A stretch of 64,000 nt of DNA from Bacteroidales bacterium (GTDB taxonomy: Bacteria > Bacteroidota > Bacteroidia > Bacteroidales > UBA3663): NCBI GenBank assembly GCA_017561935.1, contig JAFZBE010000067.1, positions 2,752 through 66,751 of the forward strand. The letters run 5' to 3'. A model generated the notes under the pieces. It saw only the letters and a program-made list of their open reading frames with translations, made no database searches and was not told where the DNA came from. The translations under genes were made by a program, and so were the position numbers. Positions 1-7,411 of this stretch are shown piece by piece. Each line of letters opens with the position of its first letter. Position 1 is the first letter of the stretch.

Positions 1-1199
1 TTACTGCCCAGGAACAACTGCTGGCCGATGCGGGTGATGTGCCAGTTCTGTCCTTCAGTGCCTGCCACAAGGCGTGCCGGTGAGTTACCGTCGAGCTCAC
101 AGTGATAAAAACCTTCGTTGGTGGCCATAAGGAGTTCGTCGTGGAGAGGCAGGATGCCGAAGACGGTGCCGATGGACTGTTCGGCGGGCGAGGGTTTGAA
201 GCAGGTGATGGGTATGCCGCAATGGATGAGAGCGATGCCGCTGTCGAGACAGGCCCAGACATTGTTGTCGCGGTCGCAGAAGAGATTGAGTACGGAGTTG
301 TTGATGAGTCCGTCGGACAAATCGTAGTGCCAAAGCAGTTTCCCGCCGAGGTCAAGTCCAAAAATGCCATCGCGGATGGTGCCAATGACGAGAATGCTGT
401 CGCGTGTGATTACGGCACGGTTGATCATGGCTCGCTGCAGTTGTCCGTCGATGGTGGTATGATAGGGAGCCGTAAGGCCCGAAGCCGCACGATGGACGAA
501 GAGCCCCGCATCTTCGGTACAGAGAAGCATGTCGCCCCCTGCCCTCAGTTCGAAGCTTGCCACGATGCGGCTGTTGCCATAGTTGGACGGAGGAATGGCG
601 AGTTCGTAATCTTGTCCTATCATGCGATAATAACCTCCTTCGATAAGCTGTGCCCACAGCTGTCCATTGACCTGATGCAAATAGAGCGGATGCTTATCGT
701 TGATGCTGATGGGTGTGACGCTTCCTTGCCCTTCGTTGGCTTGCGGATTGTAACGGAAGATGGATGCAAACGACTGGAAATAGATCTCGTCGCCATGCTG
801 CAGGATGAACCACGGCTCTTCGTTCTTCATCGGGAAGTCACCGACCAGGGGGCGCAAAGATGTGTACTCGAGATGTCCGAACGCATCGTAATGGAAATAA
901 CCGAAGTCCTCGTAGGTGCCCACATAGATGCGATCGCCGATGACCTTGACCGAACGGATGATGGTGTTGTCGGCCAGGGAGACGTTGGTCCATTGGTAAC
1001 TGTCGAAGACAAGAAGACCCTTGTTGGAGGCGAAATAGACAATGCCGTTGTCATCCTGCGAGCAGCTCCAGATCTGGGTGCCTGCCGAAAAACCATAGAC
1101 TTCGGAGGTATAGTTGGTGATGATGGGGCGAAAGCCAGCGGCCTGCACTGCGATGCAGATTGAAAAGATATATATAATAAAAAGAAGACAACGCTTCAT
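1..1199 (-). CDS. Periplasmic sensor protein with two-component-regulator propeller repeats, N-terminal ~399 aa only (probable hybrid two-component regulator of the adjacent PUL); runs off the left edge
   Basis: Absent from the ORF track because it has no stop inside the window. Reverse complement from ATG at 1199 reads MKRCLLFIIYIFSICIAVQAAGFRPIITNYTSEVYGFSAGTQIWSCSQDDNGIVYFASNKGLLVFDSYQW... and, as far as I translated it by eye, stays open to position 1. The N-terminus is signal-peptide-like. The body has repeated propeller-type motifs as in Bacteroidota HTCS sensor domains. It is divergent from susC. Confidence 0.7.
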   Translation of the reverse strand, partial: MKRCLLFIIYIFSICIAVQAAGFRPIITNYTSEVYGFSAGTQIWSCSQDDNGIVYFASNKGLLVFDSYQWTNVSLADNTIIRSVKVIGDRIYVGTYEDFGYFHYDAFGHLEYTSLRPLVGDFPMKNEEPWFILQHGDEIYFQSFASIFRYNPQANEGQGSVTPISINDKHPLYLHQVNGQLWAQLIEGGYYRMIGQDYELAIPPSNYGNSRIVASFELRAGGDMLLCTEDAGLFVHRAASGLTAPYHTTIDGQLQRAMINRAVITRDSILVIGTIRDGIFGLDLGGKLLWHYDLSDGLINNSVLNLFCDRDNNVWACLDSGIALIHCGIPITCFKPSPAEQSIGTVFGILPLHDELLMATNEGFYHCELDGNSPARLVAGTEGQNWHITRIGQQLFLGS

Positions 1200-1238
1200 A
1201 GTATAGTATTATAAGGAAAGTTGGTTGTATTTCGGAGG

Positions 1239-1246
1239 CAAAGATA
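1239..1246 (-). promoter_or_regulatory. Bacteroidota -7 promoter box (TAnnTTTG) for the sensor gene
   Basis: Plus-strand CAAAGATA equals TATCTTTG on the minus strand, about 40 nt upstream of ATG 1199. Confidence 0.55.
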
Positions 1247-1327
1247 AGAATTATTCCTGGATAATAAAAATTTTCGGCAGTTTTTTTTTGATGTGCAAGT
1301 CAATAAACTGCAATAGGTTGCATTTTT

Positions 1328-1378
1328 TAGCGTACTAATAGCGTAGTTGTAGAAAAACGAAACGTAGCAGAATCGTAG
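1328..1378 (+). promoter_or_regulatory. Helically phased CGTA(G) direct repeats upstream of the susC promoter; candidate operator for the PUL regulator
   Basis: TAGCGTA at 1328-1334 and 1339-1345; ACGTAG at 1362-1367; TCGTAG at 1373-1378. The CGTA cores start at 1331, 1342, 1363 and 1374, giving spacings of 11, 21 and 11 bp. Confidence 0.3.
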
Positions 1379-1409
1379 TATTATATTTGGAGGTTATTTC
1401 AAAAGCCCT

Positions 1410-1417
1410 TACCTTTG
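1410..1417 (+). promoter_or_regulatory. -7 promoter box TACCTTTG for the susC operon
   Basis: TAnnTTTG match 57 nt upstream of ATG 1474. Confidence 0.6.
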
Positions 1418-1473
1418 CGGCATCATTCTTACACATTTCTACTACACATTTCATTTAACAATTCCTATTAATT

Positions 1474-4400
1474 ATGAGAAAGCAAACGCTTGCATTATTG
1501 CTTGTCCTTGTTGCGTTCCCTGTGTCGATGTTGGCACAGAGCGTGGGCAAGGTGAAAGGTCGCGTTCTCGATGAGTTCGGCGAGCCTTTGCTGGGTGCTG
1601 TAGTCCGTGTGGCGGGTACTGACATCGTCACGACGACCGACTACGACGGCAACTACGAACTTGACGGTGTGGCCACGGGTGCCACATTGACCTGTTCCTA
1701 TCTGGGCATGACGACCGAGAACGTCCAGGTAAAGGGAGGGACGATGAACATCAGCATGTCGCCCGATGTGCAGAACCTCGAAGAGACCATCGTGATCGGT
1801 TACGGTGCCGCCAAGTCGAAGGACCTGACTTCGCCGATCGAGACCGTGAAGGCCGCTGACATCGCCAGCGTGCCGAGTTCGTCACCCATGGGAGCCTTGC
1901 AGGGCAAGGTGGCCGGTGTGAACATCGTGAACAGCGGTGTGCCTGGCGGCGGACCGACGGTGACCATCCGTGGTCTGGGATCGTTCAGCAACACTACGCC
2001 ACTCTATGTGGTGGATGGCATGTTCTACGACAACATCAACTTCCTCAACAACAATGACATCGAGGAGATGAGCATCATGAAGGATGCGAGTGCGAGCGCC
2101 ATCTACGGCGTACGTGCCGCCAATGGTGTGGTGATCATCACTACGAAGAAAGGTAAGAACAATGAACGCGCGAAGGTGACCTACGACGGCTATGTGGGCG
2201 TACAGAAGGCCACGAACGTGCTGGAGATGTGTAACTCGAGCCAGTATGCACAGATGCTTCGCGAGAGCGGTGTAGATGATTACCTGCCGATGCTGCAGGC
2301 CAGTGTGGCCAAGTACGGCGGCAACTTCGAGCAGAACCAGTACACTTCGGACACCGACTGGTATGACGAGCTGCTTCGCACGGCCGTGATCACCAACCAC
2401 AGCCTGAACATCAGCGGTGGTACGGACAAGTCGAACTACGGTGTGGGCATGAGCTACCTCTACCAGAACGGTATCATGGATGCCGAGAACGACTACCAGC
2501 GTCTCAACTTCCGTGCCAACCTCGAATACAAGGCCTTCAACTGGCTCACCGTTGGCATGAACGGCGTATTCAGCCAATCGACACAGCGTCTGCCGAACAA
2601 TGCTGCCTGGCAGCAGGCATTCAACATGCCGGGCATCTTCCCCGTCTATGACAAGACGACGGCTGACATCTATACCGATGGCTATGCCAGCCCGAACACC
2701 ATCGGCGTGAGCAACAACTTCTACAACCCGGTAGCTACGGCCGAGCTCTTCGATTCGCAGAACAAGAACTATCAGGTGATGAGCAACTTCTACGCACAGT
2801 TCAACATCCTCCCCGAGAAGCTGAACTTCCGTACCAGCTACAGCTACGACTATTCGACCACACGTGCCACGGCGTTTACTCCGCAGTATTACCTCGGCAC
2901 CGTGCAGCAGACTTCGACCACAAGCCTGACGAAGAGCGACAGCAACTTCAACAACTACGTCTGGGACAACACGCTGACCTATACCGACGAGTGGGGCAAC
3001 CATCGCCTGACGGCCATGCTCGGCACCTCGTTGCGCCAGGAGCGCTATGACGGCCTGTGGGGCACGGCACAGAACGTCCCCGAGGGACAGGACAGCTGGA
3101 AGTACCTCTCGCTGGGCGACAAGGAGGGCATCACCCTGGGTGACGGCGGTTTCCGCTATCGCGCCCTCTCCTACTTTGCACGTTTCAACTACAACTATGC
3201 CGACAAGTACCTGCTGATGATCACCCTTCGTGAGGACGGTAGCTCGAAGTACAACGAGCCTTGGGGCTTCTTCCCCTCGGTAGGTGCCGCCTGGGTAATT
3301 ACCAACGAGGACTTCATGAAGGACCAGGACCTCTTCCAGTACCTGAAGCTGCGTGCCAGCTGGGGCAAGCTCGGTAATGACAAGATTGCTGCCAGTGCAG
3401 GTTATGCATCGAGCGCTACGGCACGTGCCGTCTTCGGCACCAACAATGCCCTTGACGGTTATATCAACGGTTCGACCTTCAGCTGGCTGAGCTGGGAGAC
3501 CGTCAACGAGACCAACATCGGCTTGAACTTCACCACCGCCAACAACCACCTCACGGGTGACATCGACTGGTACTATCGTCTGACCAGCGACGCCGTGATC
3601 AGTCCCGCTCGCCCGATGCAGAACACCACCGTGGCCGGCAACTGGGCAGAGATCCTCAACATGGGTGTCGATCTGACCCTGAACTGGAACCAGCGTCTCA
3701 CCAAGGACTTCAGCTACCAGATAGGCGCCAACCTCGGCTGGCTGCACAATGAGGTGAAGAGCCTGAAGGACGGCATCAAGCAGGTGCAGACCAACGGCAA
3801 GGTCTATCAGATCGTGGGCGAGAAGATGAACAGCTACTACGGCTACAAGGTGGTGGGTATCTACCAGAACGACGCCGAGGTGGCTGCCGACCCCGTGGCT
3901 GTGGCCAACGGCCTCCAGCCGGGCGACTTCCGCTATGAGGACGTGAACGGCGACAAGGTGATCGACGGCAGCGACAAGCAAGCCCTGGGCAGCTACGTGC
4001 CCGACATCACCTACGGCTTCAACGTGGGCGTGCAGTGGAAGGCCTTCGACTTCGCAGTGAGCTTCTACGGCCAGGCCGGCGGCGAACTGTGGAACCGCAA
4101 ACGCGCATTGCGTTATGCTGCACAGAACTACAACTTCGACCTTGCACAGTTTGAGAACCGTTGGCATGGCGAAGGCACGAGCAACAGCGATCCTTCGGCC
4201 AAGGCCCTGATGAAGAGCTGGAACGTAGGCGACAGCCAGAATGCGAGCTACTTCGTCGAGAGCGCCAACTACTTCCGTCTGCAGAATGCTTCGCTCGGCT
4301 ACACGGTGAAGAACATCCAGCTGGGCGGCTACACCCTGCCCAGTGCACGCGTGAGCCTCTCGGCCGACCGTCCATTCACATGGTTCTCGGCCCACAGCTT

Positions 4401-4491
4401 CTCGCCTGAGGTGAGCGATGCCGACGGCTGGGATTCGCAGGTTTATCCACTCTCCGCAACCTATACCCTGGGTGTGCAGATCAATTTCTAA
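1474..4491 (+). CDS. susC: SusC/RagA-family TonB-dependent outer-membrane transporter
   Basis: 1005 aa. Signal peptide MRKQTLALLLVLVAFPVSMLAQ. Carboxypeptidase-regulatory-like N-domain (GKVKGRVLDEFGEPLLGAVVRVAGTD). Plug/TonB-box region (EETIVIGYGAAKSKDLTSPI). C-terminal aromatic residue (...GVQINF). A SusD-like gene follows directly. Confidence 0.95.
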   Translation: MRKQTLALLLVLVAFPVSMLAQSVGKVKGRVLDEFGEPLLGAVVRVAGTDIVTTTDYDGNYELDGVATGATLTCSYLGMTTENVQVKGGTMNISMSPDVQNLEETIVIGYGAAKSKDLTSPIETVKAADIASVPSSSPMGALQGKVAGVNIVNSGVPGGGPTVTIRGLGSFSNTTPLYVVDGMFYDNINFLNNNDIEEMSIMKDASASAIYGVRAANGVVIITTKKGKNNERAKVTYDGYVGVQKATNVLEMCNSSQYAQMLRESGVDDYLPMLQASVAKYGGNFEQNQYTSDTDWYDELLRTAVITNHSLNISGGTDKSNYGVGMSYLYQNGIMDAENDYQRLNFRANLEYKAFNWLTVGMNGVFSQSTQRLPNNAAWQQAFNMPGIFPVYDKTTADIYTDGYASPNTIGVSNNFYNPVATAELFDSQNKNYQVMSNFYAQFNILPEKLNFRTSYSYDYSTTRATAFTPQYYLGTVQQTSTTSLTKSDSNFNNYVWDNTLTYTDEWGNHRLTAMLGTSLRQERYDGLWGTAQNVPEGQDSWKYLSLGDKEGITLGDGGFRYRALSYFARFNYNYADKYLLMITLREDGSSKYNEPWGFFPSVGAAWVITNEDFMKDQDLFQYLKLRASWGKLGNDKIAASAGYASSATARAVFGTNNALDGYINGSTFSWLSWETVNETNIGLNFTTANNHLTGDIDWYYRLTSDAVISPARPMQNTTVAGNWAEILNMGVDLTLNWNQRLTKDFSYQIGANLGWLHNEVKSLKDGIKQVQTNGKVYQIVGEKMNSYYGYKVVGIYQNDAEVAADPVAVANGLQPGDFRYEDVNGDKVIDGSDKQALGSYVPDITYGFNVGVQWKAFDFAVSFYGQAGGELWNRKRALRYAAQNYNFDLAQFENRWHGEGTSNSDPSAKALMKSWNVGDSQNASYFVESANYFRLQNASLGYTVKNIQLGGYTLPSARVSLSADRPFTWFSAHSFSPEVSDADGWDSQVYPLSATYTLGVQINF

Positions 4492-4493
4492 CC

Positions 4494-4520
4494 AACTCAT
4501 TACCCATAACTCATTACCCA
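4494..4520 (+). repeat. Tandem duplication AACTCATTACCCA x2 (14-bp period) in the susC-susD spacer
   Basis: AACTCATTACCCA at 4494-4506 and again at 4508-4520. Confidence 0.8.
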
Positions 4521-4533
4521 CAACCATAAAGTT

Positions 4534-6039
4534 ATGAAAACTATAAAGACTTTATTATATGTCCTCCCCGCTGCATTGCTGGGACTTGCCAGCTGCACCG
4601 ACTACATCGACATTGATGCGGAGAACACACGCGACGTGGATGCCATCGACTACACCGACGCCAGCACCATGCATGAGGCTGCCACGGGTGCCTATGCCAC
4701 GCTTCGTTCCCAGGGTATCCATTGGGCCAATGCTATGCTTTGGATGGGACGCGACGATGACATGTCATCGGGCCGTGCCGACGACCAGGGCGATGCACTC
4801 AAGTTCGGTTATCCCGGTGGTTACACCAATCCCAATGCCTTCTGGGCCGTGGGCAACATGTGGAGCACGATGTACAACATCATCATCGACTGCAACTCGA
4901 ACATCGATGCCCTCGACCAGTATGCCGAGAACCTTTCGACAGGCAGCAGCGATTATCAAAGCTACCTGCAGTACAAGGGCGAAGTGCGCGTAGTGCGTGC
5001 CTGGGCCTATTACCAGCTCGTCACCAGCTTCGGACCCTGCGTCATCTATCGTGACAACAACCAGAGTTCGTTCCGTCGCAGCACGGTGGAGAAGGTCTAT
5101 GACTACATCATCACTGAGATGAAGGATGCAGCTGCAGGCATGGAGGCCAAGCGCCCCAACCAGATGTCGCGTCCCGGTGCCTTCACCAAGTTTACTGCCG
5201 AGGCACTGGCTGCCCGTACCGCCCTGTTGGCCGGCGACTATGCCACCGTGGAGACGTTGACCGACGACATCATCAACAACGGCGGCTTCGAGCTCTATGC
5301 CGACTACTACAACCTCTTCAAGATCCCCGGCAAGCTCTGCAACGAGAGCCTTATGGAGGTACAGTGCTCGGACTTCGGCACCGCCAGCGGCGACTATGTG
5401 GGCGTGGACCAGTGGTTCAACTTCCGTGGTGCAGGCCTCACCCTCTTTGACGAGGCCGGCAACTGGAGCAATGGCATCGGCGGCTGGACGTTCATGCGCT
5501 ACAGCCCCAAGTTCCTCCAGCTGATGGAGAACCGTGGCGAAACCGTCCGTCTTGAGACTTCGCTACTCGTGGCTGGTACGAAGACGCGTGAGGGTTGGAC
5601 CGTGAACGGCGACCTCGATCGCACGGCAACCATCGCACAGATCTATGACGGAAAGGGTTATATCCCCTTCGAGCAGATGACGGCCGGCAACAGCGAGTGG
5701 GGCCGCAACAACAACGTGCGCCTCATCCGTTATGCCGAAGTGCTGCTGATGAATGCCGAGGCCAAAGTACGTCAGGGTAAGAACGGCGATGCTCCGTTCA
5801 ACCTGGTGCGCACACGTGCACAGATGCCAACCGTCAACGGCGTCAACGTTGATCAGATCCTCGAGGAGCGTCGCGTAGAGCTCTGCGCTGAGTGGGGCCT
5901 GCGTTACACCGACCTCTGCCGCACAGGCCAGGCTACCAGCGTGCTGGGTGCCTACGGATGGTCGGAGAGCAGCCGCTATATTCCTGTGCCTTCGAACCAG
6001 ATCACGAATACGCCGGAATTGGGCGAGGATCCCGAATAA
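4534..6039 (+). CDS. susD: SusD/RagB-family nutrient-binding outer-membrane lipoprotein
   Basis: 501 aa. Lipoprotein signal (...LLGLASC). SusD-like segments RVVRAWAYYQLVTSFG, IRYAEVLLMNAEA and EERRVELCAEWGLRYTDLCR. Sits immediately downstream of susC. Confidence 0.93.
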   Translation: MKTIKTLLYVLPAALLGLASCTDYIDIDAENTRDVDAIDYTDASTMHEAATGAYATLRSQGIHWANAMLWMGRDDDMSSGRADDQGDALKFGYPGGYTNPNAFWAVGNMWSTMYNIIIDCNSNIDALDQYAENLSTGSSDYQSYLQYKGEVRVVRAWAYYQLVTSFGPCVIYRDNNQSSFRRSTVEKVYDYIITEMKDAAAGMEAKRPNQMSRPGAFTKFTAEALAARTALLAGDYATVETLTDDIINNGGFELYADYYNLFKIPGKLCNESLMEVQCSDFGTASGDYVGVDQWFNFRGAGLTLFDEAGNWSNGIGGWTFMRYSPKFLQLMENRGETVRLETSLLVAGTKTREGWTVNGDLDRTATIAQIYDGKGYIPFEQMTAGNSEWGRNNNVRLIRYAEVLLMNAEAKVRQGKNGDAPFNLVRTRAQMPTVNGVNVDQILEERRVELCAEWGLRYTDLCRTGQATSVLGAYGWSESSRYIPVPSNQITNTPELGEDPE

Positions 6040-6041
6040 CT

Positions 6042-7388
6042 ATGAAATCCCTCAAGTTATTCATCGGTTTGGCACTGCTTGTATGCTCTTGTGGCGGTTC
6101 CGACAATCAGGCTTCGAACGGAACACCAGATGAGACCACTCAGCTGAGTGACAACGAACTGCTCGACCTTGTGCAGAAGCAGTGCCTGAACTACATGTGG
6201 GAGGGCGCTGATCCGACATCGGGACTGGCCTACGAGCGTATCCACCTGGATGGCATCTATCCGTCGAACGACAAGATGACGATCACCACAGGTGGCTCGG
6301 GCTTTGGCGTGGCCGGACTCGTCGTCGGCATGGAGCGCGGCTGGATCAGTCGTGCCGAGGGCGTAGCCAGACTGGCACGTATCGTCGATTATCTGGCGAA
6401 GGCCGACCGCTACCATGGCGTGTGGTCACACTGGATGGACGGCCCTTCAGGCAAGACCATTCCTTTCGGCACGAAGGACAATGGCGGCGATCTTGTCGAG
6501 TCGTGTTTTCTGATGCAAAGCTTGCTTTGTGCTCGCCAATACCTCAAGTCTGACGTCGAGATCGAGGCCGTCGTCATCAACAAGATCAACGAACTGTGGC
6601 GTGCGATGGAGTTCGACTGGTACACCCGTGGTGGCCAGCACGTCCTCTATTGGCATTGGAGTCCCGACTATGCCTGGGAGATGAACTTCCCCCTCGAAGG
6701 CTACAACGAGTGCCTCATCACCTATATCCTCGCAGCATCCAGCCCCACCCATACCGTGCCGGCTGAATGCTATCACGAGGGATGGGCACGCAGCGGAGGT
6801 ATCAAGAGCGATGCTGCTCCCTACGGTTATCCGCTCGACGTGAAGCACAACGGTGCCGAGGCCAATGGTGGACCGCTCTTCTGGGCACATTACAGCTGGA
6901 TCGGCCTTTGTCCGAAGGGTCTCAAGGACAAGTATGCCGACTATTGGCACGTCACGGCTAACCATGCCCTTGCCAACTATGCCTACTGCGTCGATAATCC
7001 CAAGCATTACAAGGGCTACAGCAAGGATTGCTGGGGTCTCACCGCCAGCTATTCTCCCGATGGCTATGCCGCCCATGCACCCAATCAGGATCTCGGTGTT
7101 ATTACTCCCACGGCTGCTCTGTCGAGCTTCCCCTATACTCCCGAACAGAGTATGGCAGCTCTGCGTTATTTCCATTCGAAGGAGAGCTTCCTCTGGGGCA
7201 AATATGGCCCGTATGATGCCTTCTCACTCGACCCGACGTGGACACTGCCACGTTACCTCGCCATCGACCAGCTCACCATCGCACCCATGATCGAAAATTA
7301 TCGTTCAGGCCTGCTCTGGCGTCTCTTCATGAGTTGTCCCGAGGTGCAGGAGGGATTGACGAAGCTGGGGTTCTCAATTAACAATTAA
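6042..7388 (+). CDS. Secreted lipoprotein glycoside hydrolase, GH144-like (glucoamylase-family / putative endo-beta-1,2-glucanase)
   Basis: Start moved to ATG 6042 (MKSLKLFIGLALLVCSCGG lipoprotein signal); the track start at 5892 would overlap susD by 148 nt. The body (LNYMWEGADPTSGLAYERI, TTGGSGFGVAGLVVGMERGWISR, YHGVWSHWMDG) resembles Bacteroidota proteins annotated as glucoamylase family, now classed GH144. This assignment is from memory and was not searched. Confidence 0.6.
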   Translation: MKSLKLFIGLALLVCSCGGSDNQASNGTPDETTQLSDNELLDLVQKQCLNYMWEGADPTSGLAYERIHLDGIYPSNDKMTITTGGSGFGVAGLVVGMERGWISRAEGVARLARIVDYLAKADRYHGVWSHWMDGPSGKTIPFGTKDNGGDLVESCFLMQSLLCARQYLKSDVEIEAVVINKINELWRAMEFDWYTRGGQHVLYWHWSPDYAWEMNFPLEGYNECLITYILAASSPTHTVPAECYHEGWARSGGIKSDAAPYGYPLDVKHNGAEANGGPLFWAHYSWIGLCPKGLKDKYADYWHVTANHALANYAYCVDNPKHYKGYSKDCWGLTASYSPDGYAAHAPNQDLGVITPTAALSSFPYTPEQSMAALRYFHSKESFLWGKYGPYDAFSLDPTWTLPRYLAIDQLTIAPMIENYRSGLLWRLFMSCPEVQEGLTKLGFSINN

Positions 7389-7411
7389 CAAAAAACAATA
7401 TATAATTGGCT

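Noticed and set aside
102-1163. 353-aa plus-strand ORF at the left edge
   Set aside because: It is the antisense shadow of the propeller-sensor gene that starts at 1199 on the minus strand. The minus-strand translation has a signal peptide and recognisable sensor repeats. The plus-strand product is compositionally odd (Asp/Gly/Val/Ala-rich), with no recognisable motifs.
1882-4527. 881-aa stop-free ORF antisense to susC
   Set aside because: It is long only because the strongly biased susC codon usage avoids the reverse complements of stop codons in that frame. The product is His/Val/Ala/Gly-rich low-complexity sequence with no recognisable domains. The sense strand encodes an unmistakable SusC. 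The same explanation applies to 7811-9748 (antisense to GH3), 10930-11991, 28712-30634, 38751-39923, 47624-48571, 51968-52798, 53129-54466 and similar track ORFs.
5892-6041. N-terminal extension of the GH144-like ORF overlapping susD by 148 nt
   Set aside because: An in-frame ATG at 6042 gives a canonical lipoprotein signal peptide (…LLVCSC) 2 nt after the susD stop. The extension has no signal and an Arg/Pro/Gly-rich composition.
7406-7411. TTG start for the GH3 gene as given in the track
   Set aside because: The ATG two codons downstream (7412) gives the standard MKK... lipoprotein signal, so the TTG is not needed.
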